This document shows, one piece after another, positions 35,271-44,491 of a stretch of DNA of 64,000 nt; position 1 is the stretch's first letter, and each line of letters begins with the position of its first letter. The DNA comes from a virus (taxonomy: Duplodnaviria > Caudoviricetes), in the IMG/VR virus record IMGVR_UViG_2648501258_000001, positions 1-64,000 of that record. One strand, written 5' to 3'. The notes beneath the pieces are model-generated. The model was not told the DNA's origin. It made no database searches and saw only the letters and a list, made by a program, of their open reading frames with translations. The position numbers and the translations under genes are program-made.

Positions 35271-37883
35271 TTAGTGGCAGCCTGCCCACGATTTTTCAAC
35301 AATGTACCCTGCTGTCAGGTCGATTGGCACAATCTCTGTGCTGTAGAACTGACCAGCCAACGATACAGCCTTCACAGCCAGCACGCCAGCTTCGCAGTAG
35401 GCCACGTACACGCCGTCACCCTTAGAAGCCTTGCTAATGTCAGACCACACCTTGCCAGTGGAAGCCTCTTCTGCATCCTTGAATGCCTGAGCCTCTTCCT
35501 TGGTTGCGAACCGCTTGAACTCGAACAGGGAAGCCGAGGCTTCGAGCTGTGCTTCGTCGTGGTACGCGATCATTTGCTGGCAAAACTTCTTGTTCTTCCA
35601 GTCGTCAAGGAAGAAGTCCACCGACAACCCTGCTTCCTTCAACAGAACATCGTGAATCACCATCGCACGCTTGGCACAGATAACCCCACCAGATTGGAAC
35701 AAGCTGTTCAAGATCGCATGTGCAGAACGTGTTGGCACACGACGACCGTCAATCCCGACAATGTACTTCTTACCATTAGCTTCCCACTCCCGTTGCAGTG
35801 TCTCTTTCAGCATCTTGAGCGGGAAAGCAGCATCCCAGAAAGCCTCAAACACTTGGTTGCCTGTTGTCAAGTCAGAACCAATAGTCTTAGCTACCTTCGC
35901 AGCCTGGGCACCATAGGTACAGCCATACTTCACGTTCTTAGCCGGACTACGACCAAACTCTCGCCCGATAATAGCACTAATGCTCTTAGCCATCATCGTG
36001 TGTACATCGAACGGTTTATCCAGCATCAGAGACTTGCAATACGCCCGGTCTACAGCATCGTACTGATCGCAATAAGCGCTTTCAATCCGAGCTTCCAAGC
36101 TATCGAAGTCATAACCGATCTGGAAGTAGCCATCAGAGACTCCAAACAGCGCTCTCAGCTCTTTGCCGTACAAGCTTGTAACACGAGGCACGTTCGCTAC
36201 AGATCGGTGCTTAAATCGGCTTGTAGCGGCTCCACATGTATCTGCTGGGGTTGGGATTCGGCCATCCTCACGGACGTTCGAAATATAACCCTTCTCTGGC
36301 TCTTCGTCTGGATCATCCCAATCAATACCCCCACCCAGGATCGAGTTACGGCGGTGCTTAAATGTCAGATACTCTACCACGTCCTTCGCAAATGGAAAGC
36401 TCTCAGAGATACGTTCCAAGTCGGGACACATATCTTTGTCCTGCCCCTTCGTAAAGCTAGGGTTGCTCAGTACCTTTAGGCCACGGCCACCACGTTCCAA
36501 CATAGCTTCAACAAGATTACGATCTGCTGGACGACGGTTAGGCCATAGGTGGGCCAAGCGGTCATCACGGAATGCAGTGGTTAGCGTCTGTTCAACGTAA
36601 CGTTCAATCGCTTCCTTGAATTTCTCAGGAGTCAGTTTAACCTTCTTGCTATCAACAGAAAGGTCTTTCTCTTTGTATTCACTTGGGTTCCAACCCAGAG
36701 ACACAAGCCAGTTCTTGATATGCGTGGTGTCGTCAATCGTAGCATCCATCTCAGTGACCAGAGGCACACCAGCTTCTAGTGGCAGCGAATACACCTTGCC
36801 CAACATCTCAACTGTACGAGTTTCAGGGTCATACACACCATCGTGCTTGACAATGAATTTCTCCATGTGAGCGGAGATTTCACCGTTCTTCTTGAACTGC
36901 GTCACTGGTGGAGTGTAGTTCTTCATGAACACTTGAGTTGCTGGTCGCTTAGGTAGAAGTGGTTCCACCTTAACGCGGCGCTCTTCCATCATTTTATCCA
37001 GCTCATCCAGGGCCTTATGTGCAAGCTCTCGATTGAAGTGGAAGCCACGGTGTTCTTGCCGTGTGATGATTTCAGCGATGTTGTGTTCAAGCTTAATTGC
37101 ACTCACCCACTTCATCAGCTCAGCCCGATCATTCAGGTTAGGGCCAGCTGTCTTGTGGTCAATCTTGTTCTTGGTGCCGTCCATCAAACCGAAGAATACC
37201 TCAGTGTTGGACTTAACGTCGAAAATACAGTAATAGAGCATATCCGCAGCAAAGTCACGGAATCGAATACTAACGTGCATGTGTTTACGGAAGGCGATCT
37301 TCTCGCTCATCCCACCAGACGCCAGCTTCTCTAGGGAGTGACCACCATAGCGGTCTGGGTTCAAACACTTACTCAGTGGGAGTGTGTCCCAGATTGCCAG
37401 CTTATTCCCACCCCATGTATCGCTGGTAAACGTTGTTAGACCACGATCCCGTACTTCATGACCAATTGTAAAATTGATGCCATAGGCCAGCTTGATAGCC
37501 ATCAAGTCATAACTGATTTGGTTATGAGCCACAAGACGACGAAACTTAGTCTTGAGGATGAAGTCTTTCAGCTCAGACATTTGACGGTGGGTGTACTCCA
37601 GTACCTCATACTCCCGCAAGAAGTAGGTCTCACCGTTGATTTCCTCGCAGTATTCCCGACCATCGAAAATATACTTCGGGCCATTGTGGAACGCGATGAT
37701 TTCACCAGTGAAATGGTTTTCAAAAACCACACAATGCATTGCGAAGTTGCCTTTCAGGCGATACGGGCTTGCCGTGTAGTCGATGGTGCGTTCGTTCAAG
37801 AGGTCGTTAGCCTCAATGTCCCAGGTCCAGTCGTCTGGATGTGCAAACTTGTTTGGTGCAAATGGTGGTTTAATCAGATTCAT
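35271..37883 (-). CDS. DNA polymerase, family A, with 3'-5' exonuclease
   Basis: WDIE, AHN..YD, YC..DV exo motifs; DFDSLEAR (A), R..AK...YG (B), YHDE (C). Confidence 0.95.
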   Translation of the reverse strand: MNLIKPPFAPNKFAHPDDWTWDIEANDLLNERTIDYTASPYRLKGNFAMHCVVFENHFTGEIIAFHNGPKYIFDGREYCEEINGETYFLREYEVLEYTHRQMSELKDFILKTKFRRLVAHNQISYDLMAIKLAYGINFTIGHEVRDRGLTTFTSDTWGGNKLAIWDTLPLSKCLNPDRYGGHSLEKLASGGMSEKIAFRKHMHVSIRFRDFAADMLYYCIFDVKSNTEVFFGLMDGTKNKIDHKTAGPNLNDRAELMKWVSAIKLEHNIAEIITRQEHRGFHFNRELAHKALDELDKMMEERRVKVEPLLPKRPATQVFMKNYTPPVTQFKKNGEISAHMEKFIVKHDGVYDPETRTVEMLGKVYSLPLEAGVPLVTEMDATIDDTTHIKNWLVSLGWNPSEYKEKDLSVDSKKVKLTPEKFKEAIERYVEQTLTTAFRDDRLAHLWPNRRPADRNLVEAMLERGGRGLKVLSNPSFTKGQDKDMCPDLERISESFPFAKDVVEYLTFKHRRNSILGGGIDWDDPDEEPEKGYISNVREDGRIPTPADTCGAATSRFKHRSVANVPRVTSLYGKELRALFGVSDGYFQIGYDFDSLEARIESAYCDQYDAVDRAYCKSLMLDKPFDVHTMMAKSISAIIGREFGRSPAKNVKYGCTYGAQAAKVAKTIGSDLTTGNQVFEAFWDAAFPLKMLKETLQREWEANGKKYIVGIDGRRVPTRSAHAILNSLFQSGGVICAKRAMVIHDVLLKEAGLSVDFFLDDWKNKKFCQQMIAYHDEAQLEASASLFEFKRFATKEEAQAFKDAEEASTGKVWSDISKASKGDGVYVAYCEAGVLAVKAVSLAGQFYSTEIVPIDLTAGYIVEKSWAGCH

Positions 37884-37955
37884 TTCTCTCTCCTTTAATT
37901 TCGGTTGTCTCTAAACGACGAAAAGGAGCTTACTCGCGTAAGCCCCCGTTGTCAA

Positions 37956-39902
37956 TCAGTATTGTGATTCACCGCCGTAGTCTACCCAGCCACGCTCAGA
38001 TAGTCCACGACGCGTACCACGGTCGTCATCACTTTTAGCAGCTTGGCTGGCAGCATACTCAGCTGCTGCCGCTGGGTTTCTGTTGAGGTAGTCTTCCAAA
38101 TCATACAAGGTGTGCTCCTTGTTGTTGTAGAAGTATTCCCCAGCTTTAGGCCCTGTGTTTCCTGTCCAACGACACTTGGTCATCTTCATGAACGTGATGT
38201 TACGTTCAATCTCGCACTCAGCTTCCTTGTTACGGGTGAACAGAAGGTTGCACGCACCAGATTTGAAGATCGAAGAACTACCTTGGAAGTCTTCTTCAAA
38301 CAGATCAGCACCAGCAGAGTTCTGCTTTCCGCCCTGCCCACTCTTACGGACGTGGTTGATGTTGATGAATGTGACCTTGTGGCTCTTCACAAGCCCTTTC
38401 TGCCAACGCATGAAGACAGCCTGCTCTTCGTTGCTCATACCGTCCAGAATGTCCTGTAGAGGGTCGAGGATGATAACTTTACAATCACACGAGATGATCA
38501 GTTCCATCACCTTCTCTTTCAAGTCGTCCAGACCACCATCACGCTCATCCAGCAAGTGCCAACGGTGACTGCCATCAGGATTGTAGGTCAGCTCGTGAAC
38601 AGCCGCTTCAAACTCCGGCGTATTCATCAGGTCGATCTTGTATTGCATATCCTCGATAAGCTCAAGCTTCTGACCAATGTGACGTGAAGCCATCTTAATG
38701 CCGTACTCTGCACAATCAGATTCTAGCGATACAACCCCAACCTTATGTGGCGAATGGAAAATCCAGAAATACACCATCTCATCCACAATGGTTGACTTAC
38801 CTGTACCAGACGCAGAGCCAAGGTTGACAATTCTGCCGAGTGGAATACCACCCGCCATCATCTTCTGTACCTTGTGCATGAACGCAGGAAGAGGAATCTT
38901 TGGAACTACAGCAGCAGCTTTCATCAATCCCAACAGAGAGCCAGAACCGACGATGCCATTTGGGGTGTAAGGTTGTGATGCATAGAACTCGGTAATGAAC
39001 TGACCCTGCTTGTTTACAGCTGTGTCCTTATCCTTGTCCCAGATGTAGCTGTTGGGGTCTTTGAGGCTCATCTGCATGATGTATGCCTTACCCTTCGGAA
39101 GTGCCTTGGCGATCTTCTCAGCAGCCTCACGGCCAGCTTTGTCGTTATCCATACAGATGATAACTTTATCGAATCGGTTGAAGAACTCATACTGGCCTAC
39201 AATTTGCTTGTGGGCTCCACTCTCCCCGATGGTTGGTGACACTACGAATGTAGAATCGAAATCTTGACCTTTCTTGGCGTTCTCCCTTGCTCGAAAGTCT
39301 GACAACATTTGATAGGCTGATAGCTGGTCAACTTCCCCACCTACGATCAGAATATCTCGACTACGCTTTTTAAGGAATCGCCACTGTCCGAACAAATGAC
39401 AATCTTTACCAGTCTCTCCAATCCCTGCAAAATCTTTAGGGATCATACGCTTCTTGTAGCCCGTCAGCTCAAACCCCATATCGTTCTCAGCTTCTTGCGT
39501 TGCTGGATAGAGTTGTGCAGAGACCTTACCTGTGGCACCGTCAATCTCGTGACGTACTCCAAAGAAGGTTGTAGTCTCTTTACGGATACCTCGGAAGCCG
39601 AAACTATCATTTGTCGTTTGCTCCTTCAAGCGCTCATGAATCTCTGCGTTAAACAAGCTACCCACTAGTTCATACTCCTTTTCTACTACAACACCATTGT
39701 CTTCGAGCCATTCTTCTGATGGAATGGTAAAACCACCACAACCACCGAAACAGTGGGCTCCCTTGTGGCGTCCCTCGCGGTCTACACCATAGACCATTAA
39801 GTTATCGCCACTGTTATCCATGCCCTGTGAAACACACTTGGGACATGCGACCTTACCTTCGGTATACAAGTCAATACCGTACTTCTCAGCTACATCTGAC
39901 AC
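37956..39902 (-). CDS. primase-helicase (T7 gp4-like)
   Basis: Zn finger; TOPRIM GEVD and DNDKAG; Walker A SGTGKS; IILDP, HVRK, GSSSI. Confidence 0.95.
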   Translation of the reverse strand: MSDVAEKYGIDLYTEGKVACPKCVSQGMDNSGDNLMVYGVDREGRHKGAHCFGGCGGFTIPSEEWLEDNGVVVEKEYELVGSLFNAEIHERLKEQTTNDSFGFRGIRKETTTFFGVRHEIDGATGKVSAQLYPATQEAENDMGFELTGYKKRMIPKDFAGIGETGKDCHLFGQWRFLKKRSRDILIVGGEVDQLSAYQMLSDFRARENAKKGQDFDSTFVVSPTIGESGAHKQIVGQYEFFNRFDKVIICMDNDKAGREAAEKIAKALPKGKAYIMQMSLKDPNSYIWDKDKDTAVNKQGQFITEFYASQPYTPNGIVGSGSLLGLMKAAAVVPKIPLPAFMHKVQKMMAGGIPLGRIVNLGSASGTGKSTIVDEMVYFWIFHSPHKVGVVSLESDCAEYGIKMASRHIGQKLELIEDMQYKIDLMNTPEFEAAVHELTYNPDGSHRWHLLDERDGGLDDLKEKVMELIISCDCKVIILDPLQDILDGMSNEEQAVFMRWQKGLVKSHKVTFININHVRKSGQGGKQNSAGADLFEEDFQGSSSIFKSGACNLLFTRNKEAECEIERNITFMKMTKCRWTGNTGPKAGEYFYNNKEHTLYDLEDYLNRNPAAAAEYAASQAAKSDDDRGTRRGLSERGWVDYGGESQY

Positions 39903-39911
39903 GAGGTCTCC

Positions 39912-40169
39912 TTATGCTACCATTGGACCCGGACCATCACCTTCTGGTTCCGGCTCTTGTGTTTTCAGCTTATTCTCTGCCGCTTTCCGTGCGTACAGCC
40001 ATTTATATTCCAATCGCTCTTCTGGAGAAAGTGGATGGGAGAGTTGATAGTGATCGCCCTCATCGGACACACTGAAAGGGATGAGATGCTCACCCATAGC
40101 CGCCGTGACCAGACTAGAGAGATTCGGGTGCTTGAGAATGAGGATATGACCTCGCAAATCTTTAATCAT
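39912..40169 (-). CDS. hypothetical protein
   Basis: GGAGG RBS. Confidence 0.55.
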   Translation of the reverse strand: MIKDLRGHILILKHPNLSSLVTAAMGEHLIPFSVSDEGDHYQLSHPLSPEERLEYKWLYARKAAENKLKTQEPEPEGDGPGPMVA

Positions 40170-40345
40170 GCAACACCTCCCAGAATCTTAGTTGTTACGG
40201 AAAATCCAGCAGCACAGTAGTGTTGTCGGATACTCTCTCCTGCTACACGAGCAGCGTCCGTATCAACGAACTTAATCACGTCACTTGTCATGACGTATTC
40301 TCCACGACTCAGGTAGCGAAGTACAACCAACAATGCAACTTCCAT
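40166..40345 (-). CDS. small hypothetical protein (59 aa)
   Basis: AAGGAG RBS; ATGA overlap. Confidence 0.5.
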   Translation of the reverse strand: MEVALLVVLRYLSRGEYVMTSDVIKFVDTDAARVAGESIRQHYCAAGFSVTTKILGGVA

Positions 40346-40557
40346 TATTCTTCTCCTTATCCAAGTATTAGTTTAAAGAAGCACGCACAACATACGGCAA
40401 TGACGATACCTTTAAATATGAAGTTGAGCATGATTTGCATCTCATTCGAGTCCATCAATCATCCCTCTTGTGTTTGTGCTTTTTCTTGCGACGGTACTTT
40501 GTACGATCCGGTTCAATCTTCGGAACGTTCACGCGTCGATTAGGTGCAGCCAGGGGA

Positions 40558-40767
40558 TTACGAGCCAAGGACACGAATCCACTGCCAACCTTCGTTAAAT
40601 TCAACATCATACACATCCTTTTCGTGAAGATTTTCGATTGTCACACGCCACATCACTGGCCCAGTCGGGACAGCAGACACATCGTAGCCCAGGGGATCAG
40701 TCTTGTCAAACAATTTCTGGACGAACTCTTGCATCATGTTGTTTGCTACGCTTTGGGATGTACGCAT
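40558..40767 (-). CDS. hypothetical protein
   Basis: ORF track. Confidence 0.55.
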   Translation of the reverse strand: MRTSQSVANNMMQEFVQKLFDKTDPLGYDVSAVPTGPVMWRVTIENLHEKDVYDVEFNEGWQWIRVLGS

Positions 40768-40937
40768 CTCATCTCTCCAATAGATTCTGTGAGGTAGGAT
40801 TGTAGCTGTATGGCTTGCTCCATGTCAAGCATTATCGTTTCTTGACTGCCATGCACACCATCCACAGCAATGAATATACGATTGTCCAGTGTGTGGACGA
40901 CTTCAATGCGTCGGTCATCTTGAGTGTCGATAATCAT
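40746..40937 (-). CDS. hypothetical protein
   Basis: AAGGAG RBS. Confidence 0.6.
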   Translation of the reverse strand: MIIDTQDDRRIEVVHTLDNRIFIAVDGVHGSQETIMLDMEQAIQLQSYLTESIGEMRCVHPKA

Positions 40938-40963
40938 TAACGTCTCCTTTTCTTTTGGGTGTT

Positions 40964-40991
40964 AAAAAGCCCCGCTGCATAAGCACGGGGC
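40964..40991 (-). terminator. intrinsic terminator of the element B RNA
   Basis: GCCCCG..CGGGGC followed by TTTTT. Confidence 0.75.
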
Positions 40992-41000
40992 AATTCAATT

Positions 41001-41193
41001 CAGAGCAACATCGTAGACTGGCTCACTATGAGCGACTCCACTCTCCACGAGTGGCAAGCTAAGCCTCATTTGAATTTACTAGTCAGGAAGTTCGCGACCC
41101 TCCATTCGTTCAACTCAAACTACGCAATCCTTCACACCATCTAGATTGGTCGTTTACGGATTTCACTGCTCTACAGTCTACGATGTTGCTCTG
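41001..41193 (-). ncRNA. stand-alone structured RNA (element B) closed by a perfect 20-bp stem
   Basis: CAGAGCAACAUCGUAGACUG / CAGUCUACGAUGUUGCUCUG; four internal hairpin domains; own promoter and terminator. Confidence 0.75.
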
Positions 41194-41204
41194 TTTATCG
41201 GGCC

Positions 41205-41232
41205 ATTCTACACTAGAACAGCCCCTTGTCAA
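41205..41232 (-). promoter_or_regulatory. sigma70 promoter of element B
   Basis: TTGACA-16-TAGAAT. Confidence 0.85.
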
Positions 41233-41235
41233 GTA

Positions 41236-41466
41236 TTAAATCAAGACAAGTTTCATTGGTTGAGTGTGTACCATCAGATCACCATCGTAAATCTCAACAC
41301 GAGAGTCCGCATAGTTCAGGTGCAGTACATACCCATCGAATCGACTAAGGCCAGAGAAGACCTTGAAATCACAATTACAAAATTGCACGCCAACGTCGGT
41401 CTCATCCCAGCCCTCATAGCTATTCAAAACGAAACTTTCAATGCCCAGGACACGTACACGACTCAT
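41236..41466 (-). CDS. hypothetical protein
   Basis: TAATG coupling. Confidence 0.6.
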   Translation of the reverse strand: MSRVRVLGIESFVLNSYEGWDETDVGVQFCNCDFKVFSGLSRFDGYVLHLNYADSRVEIYDGDLMVHTQPMKLVLI

Positions 41467-41765
41467 TATTTCTCTCCCTTGGTAATTAAACGGTAAATTG
41501 TGTTGCGTGTCTCAATGAAGTGTTCGCCATCCACAGAGAACATCTGCTTGACTGCCGATGTACGGACCGGCTCACCATCAGCGAAGATACCACGGCTGTC
41601 GTTGTAAATGTAACCATGAGCTACAGTGTGTCCTGGAAACATCTCACTGTCAAGCGAGCGGAACACCATCTGAGCAACAAACTTGTCTGCTGGCAGTGCG
41701 TCCAGTGGCAGAATACGCCATTGGCTACCCTCCAACATCTCCTTCACATGGTTCTGTGGGTTCAC
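41466..41765 (-). CDS. hypothetical protein
   Basis: G.IYND.RG.F.DG..VRTS...IETRNTIYRL motif. Confidence 0.7.
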   Translation of the reverse strand: MNPQNHVKEMLEGSQWRILPLDALPADKFVAQMVFRSLDSEMFPGHTVAHGYIYNDSRGIFADGEPVRTSAVKQMFSVDGEHFIETRNTIYRLITKGEK

Positions 41766-42118
41766 TGTGCAGTCTCCAGGCCATCCAGACGGGCATTCAG
41801 CTCATCGGTGAAGTAGGTCTTACCGAACAGAAGAGTCTTTGGACGCTCTGGTACAGGACGCAGAGTTGCTACCAGCAATTGCTCAAAGTCAATGAAGACT
41901 TCCTTGCAATATTTATTCTCGGTACGGTATGGAGTCATATCGGCGCTGGGAGTCATCAGACCTGTGCTGTCTACGAAAGTGCAGAGGCCATAGGTCGGTT
42001 CAACCCGAGTACTACCGGCAAACCAAGTACAGCCATTCGAGAACAGCAGCTTTTGTACTGCAACGAGTTCTTCTTTGTTGGTCGCACGAATCTTAATGTT
42101 ACGGAATTGTTGAGTCAT
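41762..42118 (-). CDS. hypothetical protein
   Basis: VQKLLFSNGCTW; AAGGAG RBS. Confidence 0.7.
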   Translation of the reverse strand: MTQQFRNIKIRATNKEELVAVQKLLFSNGCTWFAGSTRVEPTYGLCTFVDSTGLMTPSADMTPYRTENKYCKEVFIDFEQLLVATLRPVPERPKTLLFGKTYFTDELNARLDGLETAQ

Positions 42119-42130
42119 TTTTGCTCTCCT

Positions 42131-42541
42131 TTATTGAATTGATCGTGGCCCGGTTTGAAACACTGGACCCTTATCTTTGTTCGGTGCATCGTTCAAGATT
42201 GCAAATGGGTTGTCGTCAATCCAGATGGAGACGTTGATCCCTTGTGCAGCCATGAACTCTTTCTTGGCTTGGAGGCTAGTGTAGAAGATTCTATAGCCCT
42301 TGTCAACAAGAAATTGCAAATCTTCTGGGTACGTTTCTGGTGTTCTCCATGTACAGATCACAACATGATACCCGATCTTCTCCAGAAGATCAAGCACTTT
42401 AACCCAGCCAGTTTCATTGTCGCTGATTGTCTCATCGAAATCAACAGCAACAACCTTCGGTTCCTGCATCAGAAACTCCGTTCTAGCCCATGGGTCACAT
42501 GAACGTACAGCGGGAGATACAATTTCCAGCTTATGTTCCAT
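42131..42541 (-). CDS. HAD-family phosphatase (PNK 3'-phosphatase-like)
   Basis: VAVDFDETI, TWR, K, WIDDNP. Confidence 0.8.
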   Translation of the reverse strand: MEHKLEIVSPAVRSCDPWARTEFLMQEPKVVAVDFDETISDNETGWVKVLDLLEKIGYHVVICTWRTPETYPEDLQFLVDKGYRIFYTSLQAKKEFMAAQGINVSIWIDDNPFAILNDAPNKDKGPVFQTGPRSIQ

Positions 42542-42552
42542 ACATCCTCCTG

Positions 42553-42750
42553 TTATTTAAATTGAAGCAGCTCTTGCTCCAGTTCTCGAATCTTACCATC
42601 ACCCTCCACTTTACGCAAGAAGCGAATAGCATATTGTGAATTGGTCTCTTGAATGCCTTGACCTCCAAGGAGAATTCCAAGCTCGACACGTAGACGCTCA
42701 ATATCAGAAGGCCGTAGAGTCTTCAAGGCTGTACGCAGAGAGGCATTCAT
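42553..42750 (-). CDS. hypothetical protein
   Basis: coupled ORF. Confidence 0.55.
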   Translation of the reverse strand: MNASLRTALKTLRPSDIERLRVELGILLGGQGIQETNSQYAIRFLRKVEGDGKIRELEQELLQFK

Positions 42751-42977
42751 TTCACCACCACAGCGTTAAAAAATGCATTAGTTGTCCTGTCGTAGTTGTA
42801 TCGAATACCTGACACGGTGCAATAGCTGGTAAGAATAACGCCATCTCGGTCGGTTCCAGTTGTAAACTCACCTCCAACTTTATAGCAAGCCGCCTTGGAA
42901 GCTTCAACTTCTTCCATACTGTAAGAGCAACCTACCAGAGCCAGGGATAAAACTGCGAGTGCAATCATCTTTTTCAT
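42747..42977 (-). CDS. small lipoprotein
   Basis: LALVGC lipobox. Confidence 0.7.
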   Translation of the reverse strand: MKKMIALAVLSLALVGCSYSMEEVEASKAACYKVGGEFTTGTDRDGVILTSYCTVSGIRYNYDRTTNAFFNAVVVK

Positions 42978-43094
42978 TGGAATCTCCCATTCTTATACTT
43001 CAAGATTTTGTGCATTCGCATACACTTGTATGTTTCGGTGTTAAGACTAGCATACCCTCCAGCCTTGTTGCAAGCTATTCTTACATCTTCTTGT

Positions 43095-43532
43095 TTATCC
43101 GTTGTACTTATCAGGATAAAATTGAACAGGATAAACCCTGTAAGCAGTTTGCACCATCCTGCGAGGCTTGTGGGAATGATCATATATGACTCCATCTATT
43201 ACGGCAAGAGCATGTCCACGAACAAACACCCAATATCTTCCGACAGGGTGAGCGGTGCAGAACTTCTCAAGTGAGATGCGCTTCTCTTTCGTGTAAGGAC
43301 CAGCTCGCATTATTGTCTTAGGGCATAGCCGCATTGCCATATCCCTTCCAGTTTTCGTAGGAACGCCCTTCCTGGGCTTACGCTTGAACTGTGTACGCAT
43401 ATGGTTATGAGCAGACTCATAGGAAGCAGCCCACACTGTAGCGAAGCTCACAACCATGCAGTCATTAGTCTCACGGTACTTCGCACGTATCTCCTTGTGT
43501 TGTTCCCAATTGTCTATCCAATCAGTGACCAT
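43095..43532 (-). CDS. hypothetical protein with a Cys/His papain-like signature
   Basis: NDCMVVS...GHALAVIDGVIYD. Confidence 0.55.
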   Translation of the reverse strand: MVTDWIDNWEQHKEIRAKYRETNDCMVVSFATVWAASYESAHNHMRTQFKRKPRKGVPTKTGRDMAMRLCPKTIMRAGPYTKEKRISLEKFCTAHPVGRYWVFVRGHALAVIDGVIYDHSHKPRRMVQTAYRVYPVQFYPDKYNG

Positions 43533-44091
43533 AGTTGCACCCAATGTCAAACTGCATCTCATCAATGGTGACACGCTCAGCGTATCTTTCTGCGATGTGT
43601 TGGCAGATTGTATCGGAGTATCCGGCAGAACGCAACTCTTCTGCGATAATTTGTGAACGATTGAACTTGAATGTTCTCCAAGCTGCGTGTGCAACCCCTA
43701 CATTGTCGAATGTCCCGAGGTAGGTCGAGTCTGCATACGCCTTGTATCTTGTTCCGCTCCTGTTCATGGAAACACCGAGAGGTAGCTCAGACTTGTCCTT
43801 CTTTCTATTATCCTGCATCCAACCGTTTACACAGCGTGGCAGGAAGCAGCAATTCTCGGGAGAGTAAACAGAACCTCCGAAAAGGTCTTTATCTAGCTCG
43901 TTTCCTTCCCACGCTTGACTCTCCATCCATGCCTTGAATGTACTGAATGTCAACCATTCTCTTGCAATTGGAGTACCAAGTCTCCTGTTTCTGTCCAGCA
44001 TTCCTTTCCACGTACTGTAGAAGGGACAGATGATCCGCTTACCATCGTGTGTCTTGTATGTTGCATCATTTATTCCAATTCCGTATAACAA
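43522..44091 (-). CDS. HNH homing endonuclease, paralogue of 12545-13153
   Basis: GIND..YSTWKGML..WLTFSTF..LDKD..YSPENCCF..LPLGV. Confidence 0.8.
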   Translation of the reverse strand: MLYGIGINDATYKTHDGKRIICPFYSTWKGMLDRNRRLGTPIAREWLTFSTFKAWMESQAWEGNELDKDLFGGSVYSPENCCFLPRCVNGWMQDNRKKDKSELPLGVSMNRSGTRYKAYADSTYLGTFDNVGVAHAAWRTFKFNRSQIIAEELRSAGYSDTICQHIAERYAERVTIDEMQFDIGCNYGH

Positions 44092-44119
44092 GGGCTTCTC
44101 CTATGCTGATAGATTCGTA

Positions 44120-44388
44120 GTGGAGGCAAACCTCTCCCAAGGCTCGCCATACAGACTATTGCCTGCCTTCGACGTGCCGTTGGGTTCACCTCCGTGCGTA
44201 CTCATGCTGATGAGTTCGTGAGCGGGCAGCATGTGCTGCAAGCGGCTGAGAGCCTTCCTACATATAGTAGTCGTCGCCAGACTGTTCTCTCATTCAACCT
44301 CAGTTGCCCCTCTGGCAATCCTCTTCATGGGGCGTGTATCATCGAGCCGGTGAGGGAGGGCGTTGCCCCGACATGTCTCTCTCAATGC
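44120..44388 (-). ncRNA. ~250-270-nt structured RNA candidate
   Basis: 5' and 3' ends pair in a long interrupted helix; several internal hairpins; promoter TTGACA-16-AACAAT at 44395-44422. Confidence 0.6.
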
Positions 44389-44394
44389 ATGCGT

Positions 44395-44455
44395 ATTGTT
44401 GCACAGAAAATTAATTTGTCAATGGGGTTGACATGGTTCATAGAATCAGTAGAAT
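44395..44455. promoter_or_regulatory. divergent back-to-back sigma70 promoters
   Basis: - TTGACA-16-AACAAT and + TTGACA-16-TAGAAT. Confidence 0.75.
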
Positions 44456-44491
44456 GGGCCACAACGGCTCAACTAGAAAAGGAGAAATACA

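Noticed and set aside
35220-36479. 419-aa + strand ORF, and similar long antisense ORFs at 32970-33986 and 59555-60565
   Set aside because: Shadow frames of the polymerase, SSB-like and tape measure genes; no RBS or recognisable motifs.
41001-41193. Retron ncRNA or MITE interpretation of element B
   Set aside because: No reverse transcriptase or transposase in the window and no target-site duplication; a dedicated promoter and terminator favour an RNA gene.
42974-43195. 73-aa ORF
   Set aside because: Overlaps the upstream gene by about 100 bp on the same strand with no clear RBS; not called.
44207-44235. CTGATGAG resembling a hammerhead ribozyme core
   Set aside because: No GAAA after stem II, and it lies on the strand opposite the promoter.
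44150-44275. ACGACUA ... UAGUCUG resembling group I intron P7
   Set aside because: No recognisable P/Q elements or P3, and no interrupted gene or exons; retained only as an unclassified RNA.
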